A stretch of DNA of 64,000 nucleotides from Candidatus Aminicenantes bacterium (GCA_046483285.1 JAWODN010000046.1:12888-76887); one strand, 5' to 3'. Shown: positions 48,373 to 58,550, counted from the first letter of the stretch. The notes: generated by a model from the sequence alone, not told the origin. Numbers and translations: made by a program.

Positions 48373-48780
48373 CTAAGATGTCATTTTCCGGAAACAGCTT
48401 ATGAGGGCAATGGGGGGGACATCCATTTTTTCTTCATCGGACATTTTTTCCACCTTGACAAAATCTTCCCGTTTGCGGAGAAGAATTTGACGGATGGCCT
48501 CGATCACTTCAGCAATATTGATGCCTTTGGGACAGCGGACATTGCAGGTCATGCATGAAGCGCAGTTCCAAATGGACTGGGAATGGAACAGGTCCTCTTT
48601 CATTCCCAGTTGGGCCATCCTGATTATCTGATTGGGCAGAATGTCCATTTGGGATACGGCCGGACAGCCTGCGGAGCACTTTCCGCATTGATAACAGGTA
48701 AGGAGGTCCTGACCGCTGAGTTCTTCAACTTTCAGGATAAAAGGATCCTTCATTCGTTGGCGGGAAATATTAATTTTCAT
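48373..48780 (-). CDS. hdrC: Heterodisulfide reductase subunit C
   Basis: CYQCGKCSAGCP; IWNCASCMTCNVRCP. Confidence 0.92.
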   Translation of the reverse strand: MKINISRQRMKDPFILKVEELSGQDLLTCYQCGKCSAGCPAVSQMDILPNQIIRMAQLGMKEDLFHSQSIWNCASCMTCNVRCPKGINIAEVIEAIRQILLRKREDFVKVEKMSDEEKMDVPPIALISCFRKMTS

Positions 48781-48816
48781 ATGATACTCCCTTTTAGAAG
48801 CTGTGAATTAACAAAG

Positions 48817-48897
48817 CCTGGGTTATTCATAATAAAAAGGTGACGGCGGCTCCTGCGCCGCGCACCTGCGGCAATCACGGCCGGCTCATCATCCAGG
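48817..48897. mobile_element. 81-bp minimal MITE-like element upstream of hdrC
   Basis: Ends CCTGGGTTATTCAT / CTCATCATCCAGG; TGCGCCGCGCACCTGCGGCAATC matches ~9989-10011. Confidence 0.55.
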
Positions 48898-49055
48898 ATA
48901 GATATGATACATAATATATATAAATCCTTTGAAACAAAGATAACAGTACAGCACAATTGATATTATCTGTCAAGAAATAACCTGGGTTATTTATAAAAAA
49001 ATACTCATTCTGTCCGTGCCGGCCGGATGGCCGCAGAGGCGGTGAGGCCTTCTGC

Positions 49056-49125
49056 TTTTCTCGCCTTTCCCGCCTTTCTCGCCCTCTCCAAACCAGACAA
49101 ACCAGATAAACCAGATAGACGAAAT
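49056..49125. repeat. Two adjacent 9-bp-period tandem repeats
   Basis: (YTTTCYCGC)x3 then (AAACCAGAY)x3. Confidence 0.6.
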
Positions 49126-49164
49126 GGACATTTTTTGTTATTTTTAAATGAATAGGAGGAAAAT

Positions 49165-50079
49165 ATGTTAAAAAAATCAATAAGGAAAGTTGCGGGAACG
49201 GCCGGGGTATTTTTGTTGGCGGCTTCTTTGTCATGGGGAGGTTTTCTCCGGGATGGACAGGAGGGAGAAGATTTAAAATCCCTCTTACCGGATATCTCCG
49301 GATGGAAAATGATGGAAGAACCCCGGTATTATCTTCCGGAATCGCTTTTTGAGTACATCAACGGGGCGGCGGAAAGTTATTTATCTTATGATTTTCAAAA
49401 ATTAGTGGTTGTCCAATATGAGATTGAAGACGGAGGCAGCAATGTCTCTTTGGAAATTTATGATATGGAGAAACCCCTGAAAGCATTTGGAATATACAGT
49501 GCCGAACGGTTCCCTGATAACCGTTTTGTTGATATCGGGACCCAGGGCTATTTAGAAGAAGGGATTTTAAATTTTTTAGCCGGGCGGTATTACGTGAAAA
49601 TGCTTTGCTTCGATTGCGGCGAAGACTGGAGTGACTATCTCAAAACATTCGCAGGGCGAATTGAGGAAAAAATCGGAGGGGAGTTTGAATTTCCTGCCCC
49701 CGCAAAAGCTTTTCCGGATGAAAATTTGATTGCCAACAGTCAGAAATTCATTCTGGAAAATTTCATGGGTTACGGATATCTTCACAGCGGTTATCAAGCC
49801 GATTACGAAATCAATGGCAATGAATTCACCGCATTCATTATCCAAGGAACGGATGAGGAGGATGCCCAGCATATGCTTGAGCAGTATCTGGATTCAAAAA
49901 AAGATCAGAAGACCGGCCAGACCGATGCTGTTCATCATATCAAAGACAGATACTATCATAATATTTATATCACCCGGACGGGGTCCTATGTATGCGGGGC
50001 AATGAAAATTCAGGACGGCATGGAGGATACCGGAAAATCTTACCTGGACAGCCTGGCGGAAAATATCAAAAAATTGTGA
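49165..50079 (+). CDS. DUF6599-like exported protein
   Basis: Signal peptide; LFEYINGAAESY, LEIYDM..AFGIYS; SD AGGAGG. Confidence 0.75.
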   Translation: MLKKSIRKVAGTAGVFLLAASLSWGGFLRDGQEGEDLKSLLPDISGWKMMEEPRYYLPESLFEYINGAAESYLSYDFQKLVVVQYEIEDGGSNVSLEIYDMEKPLKAFGIYSAERFPDNRFVDIGTQGYLEEGILNFLAGRYYVKMLCFDCGEDWSDYLKTFAGRIEEKIGGEFEFPAPAKAFPDENLIANSQKFILENFMGYGYLHSGYQADYEINGNEFTAFIIQGTDEEDAQHMLEQYLDSKKDQKTGQTDAVHHIKDRYYHNIYITRTGSYVCGAMKIQDGMEDTGKSYLDSLAENIKKL

Positions 50080-50149
50080 ACACTGTTTGCTCCCTCCGGC
50101 CGGCAAGGAAAAACGTGATGTTTGTTCATTTTATAGAAATGATGAATAT

Positions 50150-50202
50150 CGCTGTTAAAAAGGTTGACAAAAACATCGCCGTTTTTTCATGAATAAGCCA
50201 GG
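50150..50202. mobile_element. Diverged MITE right arm
   Basis: CAAAAACATCGCCGTTTTTTCATGAATAAGCCAGG directly abutting stop codon at 50203. Confidence 0.55.
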
Positions 50203-51129
50203 TCAGGAAGGGAAATAGATAACAGAGGAATTCCGTCCTTTTCCCTTGGCGGCGAGCAAAGCCCGGTCGCTTAAATTTATCATTTCGTCGGCTGAAATGT
50301 GAAGATTGAATTCATTGCTGGTTCCCCCAACGCTGACAGTCACAGAAAAACCCTTGGATTCTGAGGGAAAAGACATATTTTCCACTGTTTTCCGGAGGCG
50401 CTCCGCTATTTTAGGAATAAAGCTCTTAAGACAGTCGGGAAAAACGGCTAAAAATTCATCTCCTCCATAGCGGCCGATTTTGTCATAGCTTCTCGCCGAT
50501 TGTTTCAACCGGGAAGCAATTTCCGATAAAACTTTATCACCGGTTTGATGTCCCAGGGAATCGTTTATTTTTTTGAAATTATCTATATCGCACATGATAA
50601 CACCAGTGGATTGACCGTATCTTTTTCCCCGGGACACCTCTTCTTTTAAAAAATCAAGAATTTTTTTACGGTTCCATAACTGAGTGAGGTTATCCGTGAG
50701 GGCCATTTCCAGGCGGTCATCTTCAAGTCTGATGATTCTTTCACCGTTTTTCAACCGGACTCTCAGCTCAAGGAAATCAAACGGTTTGGTGATATAGTCA
50801 TCAGCTCCTGAAGACAAACCATCGATAATGTCCTCCTGCCGGTCTTTTCCGGTCAGAAGAATAACATAGATATATTTTCCTTTGTCATTTTCTGTTTTTT
50901 GGCGTACTCGCCGGCATAATTCAATGCCATCCATATTCGGCATTTCCCAGTCAAAAACGGCTAGACGAATTTCCTTGCTAACATCGGCGTGATCCTCCGG
51001 TACCCCGGAAATGATATCCCAGGCATCTTTTCCATCATGGGTGACGATGACGTCATAACCCCAATCATGCAAATTTTCCTTCAATGCGCGGGCGGTTATG
51101 GTATCGTCTTCAGCTAATAAAACTTTCAT
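50203..51129 (-). CDS. Response regulator diguanylate cyclase (REC-GGDEF)
   Basis: AEDD, DWEMP, GADDYITKPF; RSYD I-site, RYGGDEF. Confidence 0.92.
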   Translation of the reverse strand: MKVLLAEDDTITARALKENLHDWGYDVIVTHDGKDAWDIISGVPEDHADVSKEIRLAVFDWEMPNMDGIELCRRVRQKTENDKGKYIYVILLTGKDRQEDIIDGLSSGADDYITKPFDFLELRVRLKNGERIIRLEDDRLEMALTDNLTQLWNRKKILDFLKEEVSRGKRYGQSTGVIMCDIDNFKKINDSLGHQTGDKVLSEIASRLKQSARSYDKIGRYGGDEFLAVFPDCLKSFIPKIAERLRKTVENMSFPSESKGFSVTVSVGGTSNEFNLHISADEMINLSDRALLAAKGKGRNSSVIYFPS

Positions 51130-51322
51130 GGCCGTTCTTGTCTTTTAATTTAATATTTTATCATTGTTTTTTCAATGCTTGGATTTCGTCGGGCGGGCAT
51201 GACGCCGTACCGCGGCCCTTCACCACAGGATCACCATGATTCCGAAAAAACGGGGGACTCCCGGTAAAGGCGCTGTTGAGTTTTATGTGTCAAATGGAAT
51301 ATAATTTTCTTGGATAAGTGAT

Positions 51323-52345
51323 ATGAAGGCAAATAAAATCATCACGGCATTTTTATTTATCATAGTGGTGTTTATCATCGGAGTCGTTTTGCGTCTGGCA
51401 AAACCGGTGTTATTCCCGTTTTTTTTAGCCATTTTTATTTCATTTGTATGGTATCCGGTCCTTGATTTTTTTACCAGCATAAAGGTCCCCCGTGTTATTG
51501 CTATCATCGTGATCATCCTTCTGACTTTTTTTATTCTTTATCTTCTTGGAGCCCTTTTTTATTCAGCAGGCAGAACCTTTGCGGCGGAATTTCCCCGTTA
51601 TGGAGATCGGATCAATGCGATTCTGTCAAATCTTTTGATCAAGCTGGACCTTCAGAGATTTCAGCTTGAAAATATTGATTGGATCGGCCAGCTCGATATT
51701 GATCGAATCGGAAGAATTCTGGGGTCTTCATTGGGCCCGTTCTTTTCTTTTATGTCCAATTTATTCCTGGTGTTGATTTTTTTGATTTTCATCATGTCCG
51801 GAAGAGGAAAAACCAAGGAAAAAATTCAAAAATATATGGATAAACCGCGGGCGTCCCGCGTTATACGGGTGATTAAAAATATCGACAGCCAGATTCAAAG
51901 ATATTTGGCCATAAAAACCGTGGTGAGCTTGTTCACAGGCGTGTTTGTGACCATTGTGCTTTTGTTTTTCGAAGTGGATTTTGCTGTGGTTTTCGGATTT
52001 TTTGCTTTTTTGCTGAATTATATTCCCAATATCGGTTCTTTCATCGCCACTTCTCTTCCGTTGGTTGTGGCTGTTTTCCAATTTGAATCGCTCTGGCCGG
52101 TGTTTTGGATTTTTGTCCTTTTGTTATCCATTCAAATGATTATGGCCAATGTGGTGGAGCCGCGTTTAATGGGACAGGGTTTGGGCCTCAGCCCTTTGGT
52201 GGTCTTGTTTTTTTTGTTTTTTTGGGGGTGGCTGTGGGGACTCCCAGGTATGATTCTTGCTGTTCCCATAGCCGCCATAATCAAGATTGTCTGCAGCAAT
52301 GTGCCGGAATTGGAGATCATAGCCGCCTTGATGAGCAAAGATTGA
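51323..52345 (+). CDS. AI-2E family transporter
   Basis: Multiple TMs; LLNYIPNIGS, VEPRLMG, LSPLVV, WGWLWG..GMILAVP. Confidence 0.9.
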   Translation: MKANKIITAFLFIIVVFIIGVVLRLAKPVLFPFFLAIFISFVWYPVLDFFTSIKVPRVIAIIVIILLTFFILYLLGALFYSAGRTFAAEFPRYGDRINAILSNLLIKLDLQRFQLENIDWIGQLDIDRIGRILGSSLGPFFSFMSNLFLVLIFLIFIMSGRGKTKEKIQKYMDKPRASRVIRVIKNIDSQIQRYLAIKTVVSLFTGVFVTIVLLFFEVDFAVVFGFFAFLLNYIPNIGSFIATSLPLVVAVFQFESLWPVFWIFVLLLSIQMIMANVVEPRLMGQGLGLSPLVVLFFLFFWGWLWGLPGMILAVPIAAIIKIVCSNVPELEIIAALMSKD

Positions 52346-52377
52346 GCGCTCCAGAATGCGTGCCCGGATTATTCCGG

Positions 52378-52716
52378 TCAGCAGGTGAGATGAAAAGCTC
52401 CGCATGTCTTTTTGCGGGAACAGTATTTATTAAATTCCTTCATGGCCGTTTTGGTTTTTTTTATGATTAATTCTATATCAAGCTCCCGGCATTTACGGAT
52501 CAAGTCTTCATTGACTTTCATCCGGCCGGCGTAACCTGTTCCGACAATCAGCACTTCGGGGTTTTCTTCCAGGATAGCCTGAATGTCTTCCAATTCTAAA
52601 CAGTGTCCTGATTTCCGCCGCCATGGAGAGTCAATCCGGTCCGGGAAAACGATCAAGTCTTTGGAATAGAGGTCACTGTTGATTTTCATTTTTCCAAAGG
52701 AATAGGATTCAATCAT
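52378..52716 (-). CDS. Mth938-like domain protein
   Basis: IESYSFG, PEVLIVGTG, GAFHLTC. Confidence 0.85.
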   Translation of the reverse strand: MIESYSFGKMKINSDLYSKDLIVFPDRIDSPWRRKSGHCLELEDIQAILEENPEVLIVGTGYAGRMKVNEDLIRKCRELDIELIIKKTKTAMKEFNKYCSRKKTCGAFHLTC

Positions 52717-53479
52717 TTTTTTTTCTTCTTATGAGAAAAGTATCAGAGCTTATATTCTGCAGTTTCCGGCCTATGAGATGTTTCATGGCTTTTTGGGCGG
52801 CTTTTTGCTCAGCTTCTTTCTTGGAAATTCCTTTGGCTTTAGCTAAAACTTGATCTTGACTGCTGACTTCAACAAGAAACTGTTTTTTATGATCAGGTCC
52901 CTTGGTGGTGACGGCTTGATAAACCGGCGCGGGGTAATTCTCTTTCTGCAAATGTTCTTGAAGAGCGGATTTGTAATTATTGATAAAAAAATGATTCATA
53001 TCGATTTTCTTAAAAAAAACATTCAAATATTCCAGTAAAAAACGGCTGACCGTTTTTATTCCTCCATCCAGGTACAATGCCGCTAATAAAGCCTCAAAAG
53101 CTCCGGCGAGGATGGTTTTTTTCTTCCGCCCGCCGCTTTTGATTTCTCCTTTCCCGAGACGGATGTATTTGCTCAAGGGGATTTTTTGAGCAAAAACAAC
53201 CAGTGTTCCGGTGGAAGCCGCGGCTGATTTCAATTTGGACATTTCGCCTTCATTGAGTTGAGGATAATTCCGGTAAAGATAATCAGCGATGATGAAACCG
53301 AGAACCGAATCACCGAGAAACTCCAAGACTTCATTATCGGCGGTTTCACCCCCGGCTTCATAAGCATAAGAGCTGTGGGTCAATGCCTGGAAAAGGAGAG
53401 AATCCTCAGAAAAATGATAATCGATTTTGTTTTGTAATTTTTCTAAATCAGCAGACATGTCGTGATCGATTCGAATCAA
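52709..53479 (-). CDS. rnc: Ribonuclease III
   Basis: ALTHSSY, NEVLEFLGDSVL, AFEALLAALYLD, dsRBD; alternative start 53458. Confidence 0.95.
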   Translation of the reverse strand: MIRIDHDMSADLEKLQNKIDYHFSEDSLLFQALTHSSYAYEAGGETADNEVLEFLGDSVLGFIIADYLYRNYPQLNEGEMSKLKSAAASTGTLVVFAQKIPLSKYIRLGKGEIKSGGRKKKTILAGAFEALLAALYLDGGIKTVSRFLLEYLNVFFKKIDMNHFFINNYKSALQEHLQKENYPAPVYQAVTTKGPDHKKQFLVEVSSQDQVLAKAKGISKKEAEQKAAQKAMKHLIGRKLQNISSDTFLIRRKKND

Positions 53480-54753
53480 GCCGGATAAACAATTTTTCCG
53501 CCCACAATGGTCATTTCCGGAATCCCTTTTAAATCCATGCCGTGGAAAGGATTGTTCCGGCTTTTGGACAGGAAAGAATTGACGTTGACAGTCGTTTTCT
53601 TTCTTAAGTTCAAAATGGTTAAATCGGCATCAGCGCCTGCGCTTATCCGGCCCTTGTCATTCAGCCCGAGGATTCGGGCTGGATTTGTGGAGATCAATTC
53701 CACGAACCGGAGCAATGAAATGATTTCTTTGCTGACCAGCCGGTCGAGACATAAAGAAACCGCGGTTTCCAGACCGTTTATACCGAAAGGAGCCTGGTCG
53801 AATTCAACATCTTTCTCATCCGGTGAATGAGGGGCGTGATCCGTGGCCAAAACATCGATGGTGTGGTCCTTGAGAGCCTGCCGGAGAGCTTCCTGGTCTT
53901 TTCGGCTGCGCAGCGGAGGATTGACTTTAAGACTGGTGGAGAAACTTTCCAGTGAAGAGTCATCGAGGAATAAATGATGAGGGGTCACTTCACAGGTCAC
54001 CGGAACCCCGCGTGATTTGGCTTCCCGTATTAAATTCACCGATCCGCAGGTGCTGACATGGGCGATATGCACGGGAGAACCTGTTTTTTCCGCCAGGATG
54101 ATATCCCGGGCCACTATAACGTCCTCGGAGTAATCCGGTATTCCTTTCAAGCCTAAAAGATATGAGGTGGGGCCTTCATTCATAACTCCGCGGTTACTGA
54201 GATTTAAATCCTCACAGTGATCGATAATCAAAGCCGTGATGGTTTTGCCGTACTCCAGGGCCCGCCGCATGATCTCACTGTTCCAGACAGGTTTTCCATC
54301 ATCTGAAAACGCAACGGCTCCCGCGTTTCGAAGTTCAGCCATCTCAGTGAGGGCTTCCCCCTGGAATTTTTGAGTGACGGCGGCGATGGGGAATACATTG
54401 ACGGAGGAATTTTTTCGGGCTTGAGAAAGAATAAATTCAGTGACGCCCGTGTTGTCGTTGGGAGGAGAGGTGTTGGGCATACAGGCGATGGATGTGAATC
54501 CTCCCTTGGCGGCCGCCGCTGCGCCCGTTTTTATGGTTTCTTTCTGTTCCTGGCCGGGTTCCCGGAGGTGGACATGCATATCGATAAATCCTGGAGCCAC
54601 AACTTTTCGGGACGCATCAATGACCCGGGCGGACGGATCATTAATACGCGTCTCCACCCTAATGATTTTCTTTTTTTCGATCAATATATCCAGGGTGTCG
54701 TCGGTCCCGGAAGCGGGATCGATGACGCGCCCGTTTTTAATCAGGTATCTCAC
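53476..54753 (-). CDS. pyrC: Dihydroorotase
   Basis: DMHVHLREPG, CMPNT, KVNPPLR, TDHAPH. Confidence 0.95.
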   Translation of the reverse strand: MRYLIKNGRVIDPASGTDDTLDILIEKKKIIRVETRINDPSARVIDASRKVVAPGFIDMHVHLREPGQEQKETIKTGAAAAAKGGFTSIACMPNTSPPNDNTGVTEFILSQARKNSSVNVFPIAAVTQKFQGEALTEMAELRNAGAVAFSDDGKPVWNSEIMRRALEYGKTITALIIDHCEDLNLSNRGVMNEGPTSYLLGLKGIPDYSEDVIVARDIILAEKTGSPVHIAHVSTCGSVNLIREAKSRGVPVTCEVTPHHLFLDDSSLESFSTSLKVNPPLRSRKDQEALRQALKDHTIDVLATDHAPHSPDEKDVEFDQAPFGINGLETAVSLCLDRLVSKEIISLLRFVELISTNPARILGLNDKGRISAGADADLTILNLRKKTTVNVNSFLSKSRNNPFHGMDLKGIPEMTIVGGKIVYPA

Positions 54754-55675
54754 TCTCTTTTCCTCCTAGTAATAAATAAAGAACAGCCATCCTTACGGCA
54801 ATGCCGTTTTCGACTTGTTTAAGAATAACCGATGTGTGGGAATCTGCCAGATCAGCTGAGATTTCCACTCCGCGGTTGATGGGACCGGGGTGCATGATAA
54901 TGGCGTTTTTATCCGCTTTCTGAAATCGTTCCGGAGTCAATGTGAAAAGATTCCGGTATTCGCGCAGAGAGGGGAAATATTTTTGTTTTTGCCGTTCCAT
55001 CTGAATTCTCAGCATCATTATAACGTCGGCGCCTTCAATGGCCCGGTCGAGGCTGTAATGAATTTCCCCACCCATTTGCGAAAAAAAACCCGGGACGAGG
55101 GAGGGAGGACCGGCCAGAATCACCCGGCTCCCCATTTTTTTCAGGAGGTGAAGATTGGAGCGGGCCACGCGGCTGTGCAGTATGTCTCCCACGATGACGA
55201 CTTTCAATCCTTTGAAATCATTTTTTATCTGCCGTATGGTCAAAGCATCCAGCAGGGCTTGAGTGGGATGCTCGCGGGTCCCGTCTCCGGCATTTATAAC
55301 ATGAGACCGGCAGAAAGTGGTTAAAAAATGCGGAGTTCCGGAAGCGGAATGCCTGATAATCAACGCATCTGTGTGCATGGCCTCCAAATTTAGAACCGTG
55401 TCTTTTAAGGATTCCCCCTTAACCGCGCTGCTGGTTGATTTGCTGAAGTTGGAGATGTCGGCGCTCAAGCGTTTAGCCGCTATTTCAAAAGAAGTCCGGG
55501 TTCTGGTGCTGGGTTCGAAAAACAGATTGACTATGCTTTTTCCTCTTAAAATGGGGACTTTTTTCACATCCCGCATAGATATTTCAGACAGGGATTCCGC
55601 TGTGTTAAGTATGTGGGTGATATGTTCGGGCTGCAGAGGCTGAATTCCGGTTAAATGTTTTTTATCAAAAGACAA
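54737..55675 (-). CDS. pyrB: Aspartate carbamoyltransferase catalytic subunit
   Basis: FFEPSTRTR, HPTQALLD, HSRVARS, MHPGP. Confidence 0.96.
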   Translation of the reverse strand: MSFDKKHLTGIQPLQPEHITHILNTAESLSEISMRDVKKVPILRGKSIVNLFFEPSTRTRTSFEIAAKRLSADISNFSKSTSSAVKGESLKDTVLNLEAMHTDALIIRHSASGTPHFLTTFCRSHVINAGDGTREHPTQALLDALTIRQIKNDFKGLKVVIVGDILHSRVARSNLHLLKKMGSRVILAGPPSLVPGFFSQMGGEIHYSLDRAIEGADVIMMLRIQMERQKQKYFPSLREYRNLFTLTPERFQKADKNAIIMHPGPINRGVEISADLADSHTSVILKQVENGIAVRMAVLYLLLGGKESEIPD

Positions 55676-55719
55676 TGTGATTCTCCTCTTAGGGACTTAA
55701 GATCCTGATGCCGGTGTTT

Positions 55720-56274
<555 letters not shown>

Positions 56275-56360
56275 TCACTCTCCTTGGTTTTTCCAATCAG
56301 ACTGAATCCCTTGACTTGTTTTTGTCACTCATTAAAAAATGCAATATGCGGGTCTAAAAG

Positions 56361-57311
56361 TCAAGGAGAAACGGAGGATGCTTGTTCGAAATAGGTGCGG
56401 GCGGATTGAAGGTCCTTGCGGATTTGTTTTCGCAGCGCCTCAGGGTTCTGGAAACATTTTTCATTCCTGATTTTTTTTAGGATTTCCACTGTCATGTGTT
56501 TTCCGTATAGCGGAGAATCGATATCAGTGAGATATGTTTCGACATTCAGGTGATTCTTCCTGTGATTGCCGGGATGAAAAGTAGGGCGGGTCCCGATATT
56601 GGTTAAAGAAGGATGATTTTTTCCATTGAAACGGCTGCGGGATATAAAAACCCCCGGGGGCAGGATTTCATTTTCCGGAAGAAGATTGGCTGTGGGGAAA
56701 CCAAGCATGCGGCCCCGGGAATGTCCCTTTATCACTCTGCCGCGTATGGAATACGGTTTGCCCAAAAAGAGGTTGGCCTTTTCGATTTGACCGGCGTGCA
56801 GATACCGGCGGATGGCGCTGCTGCTGACTGGCTCATCATTCAGCTTGACTGGGCCGACAGAATGAACGCAGATATTAAAAAAAGAGGCTGATTTTTTTAA
56901 AGAGTCCGTGTCTCCGCTCCGGTTTTTTCCGAATTTGAAATTGCTTCCGACAATAACATGTTGAGCCCGGAGATTTTTATGTAAAATATTTTCAACGAAA
57001 TCAGAGGGGGCGGTGGCCGCAAAATCTTTATCAAAAGGAATGACCAGAGCGATGTCGATTTGAAATGAGGCGATATCATCCAACCGCTGGTTCAAGGTTT
57101 GAATAAGCTGAATTTTTTGCGGATGAATCATTTTTCCGGGGTGGGGAAAAAAAGTGACCGCCAGGGAGGAGACCTTGTGCTTTTGAGAAATATCCAAAAG
57201 GCGTTTGAAAATGTGCTGATGTCCGGCATGGACTCCATCAAAATTGCCGATAGCCGCAGCAGTCGGTTTTTCAAAGGAAGGAAGGTCGTTTAAATTGAGA
57301 TAAATTTCCAT
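56361..57311 (-). CDS. ribF: Bifunctional riboflavin kinase/FAD synthetase
   Basis: GNFDGVHAGH, VSSSAIR, GRMLGFPTAN, NIGTRPTF. Confidence 0.95.
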   Translation of the reverse strand: MEIYLNLNDLPSFEKPTAAAIGNFDGVHAGHQHIFKRLLDISQKHKVSSLAVTFFPHPGKMIHPQKIQLIQTLNQRLDDIASFQIDIALVIPFDKDFAATAPSDFVENILHKNLRAQHVIVGSNFKFGKNRSGDTDSLKKSASFFNICVHSVGPVKLNDEPVSSSAIRRYLHAGQIEKANLFLGKPYSIRGRVIKGHSRGRMLGFPTANLLPENEILPPGVFISRSRFNGKNHPSLTNIGTRPTFHPGNHRKNHLNVETYLTDIDSPLYGKHMTVEILKKIRNEKCFQNPEALRKQIRKDLQSARTYFEQASSVSP

Positions 57312-57372
57312 TATTGGAGAGCTGCGTCCATGCAGAAATCAAAAAAAACCGGAGATTTGTCATCCGGATTCA

Positions 57373-57669
57373 TCAGGACTTGACCGAGTCGATGGTTTCA
57401 ATATAAATATTTTTGAGCTGGCTCAGAGCGTCGTTAAGCACTTTTTCTTCCTGTTCATCCAGGTTTCCTTCGGTTTTTTCTTTAAGAAGGTCCAGCAAAT
57501 CGATAAGACGTTTAGCCAGTTCAATATTGATGTCATCCTTTTTCTGAGTTACCGGATTGGAGATTTGTCCCAGCTTGACCATGGCCTGGGTATAAAAAGG
57601 AAGCATCAAGGAACCAAAATCAAGAGGGGGGATGATATCTTTTCGGGGACCTGTGTTTTTATCACTCAT
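57373..57669 (-). CDS. DUF1844 family protein
   Basis: LGQISNP, AKRLIDLLDLLKEKTEGNL. Confidence 0.8.
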   Translation of the reverse strand: MSDKNTGPRKDIIPPLDFGSLMLPFYTQAMVKLGQISNPVTQKKDDINIELAKRLIDLLDLLKEKTEGNLDEQEEKVLNDALSQLKNIYIETIDSVKS

Positions 57670-57753
57670 TTATTATCCTGCGGCATTTAAGCCGTTTGGC
57701 TATTCGGGAAGAAAATAATACAATATTGTTTTATCAAATTCAAGGAGCCTTTT

Positions 57754-58545
57754 ATGGATGATGCCCAAACAGCGGGACGGAAATTTTCTGAACTTATCCG
57801 TATTATAGACCGGCTGCGGGGAGAACAAGGATGCCCCTGGGACAGGAAACAAACCGCCCGGACTCTTGTGAATTTTTTTCTAGAGGAAGTGTATGAAGCG
57901 GTTGATGCCGTCGTCACCGAATCAACCATGGATTTGAAAGAGGAATTGGGCGACGTTTTGATGGAAATTGTTTTTTTAGCCAGGATTTATAAAGAAAAGG
58001 GACAAATGACCATGACGGAAGTGGTTGAGGGCATCAACCGGAAAATGATTCACCGGCACCCTCATGTTTTCGAAGAGCAAAAGAAATTATCCACTGCCGG
58101 AGAAGTGAGGGATGAGTGGAACCGGCGGAAAAAAAAGGATAAGTCCCGGCGTTCGCTGCTGGATGGGATCCCCCGTCATACTCCGGCTTTGCTGGAAGCC
58201 TTTCAAGTCGGTTCAAGAGCAGCTGCATATGGATTTGATTGGGAAAATGCAGAGAAGGTGTTAGAAAAAGCGAAGGAAGAGTGGCATGAAATGGAAGCCG
58301 CTGTGAAGGCGCGGGACCGGAGTAAAACGGCGGAAGAATTGGGCGACCTTTTTTTCGCATTAGCCCAAACTTCCAGGCATTTGAAAATCAATCCTGAAGT
58401 CGCATTAAAAAGAGCGAACCTGAAATTTATGAGGCGGTTTCAATATATCGAAAAAAAACTCCATGAAAAAAATAAAGACCTTGAAGAGGCCGGCCTGGAG
58501 GAAATGGAAGCATTATGGCTTGAATCAAAGTCCTGTTTAGACTAA
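57754..58545 (+). CDS. mazG: Nucleoside triphosphate pyrophosphohydrolase MazG
   Basis: GCPWDRKQT, EEVYE, EELGD (x2), RHPHVF, GFDW. Confidence 0.94.
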   Translation: MDDAQTAGRKFSELIRIIDRLRGEQGCPWDRKQTARTLVNFFLEEVYEAVDAVVTESTMDLKEELGDVLMEIVFLARIYKEKGQMTMTEVVEGINRKMIHRHPHVFEEQKKLSTAGEVRDEWNRRKKKDKSRRSLLDGIPRHTPALLEAFQVGSRAAAYGFDWENAEKVLEKAKEEWHEMEAAVKARDRSKTAEELGDLFFALAQTSRHLKINPEVALKRANLKFMRRFQYIEKKLHEKNKDLEEAGLEEMEALWLESKSCLD

Positions 58546-58550
58546 CCCGT

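Noticed and set aside
42102-48780. Selenocysteine read-through in Hdr/MvhD genes
   Set aside because: All ORFs are full length with Cys at the conserved positions; no in-frame TGA needed.
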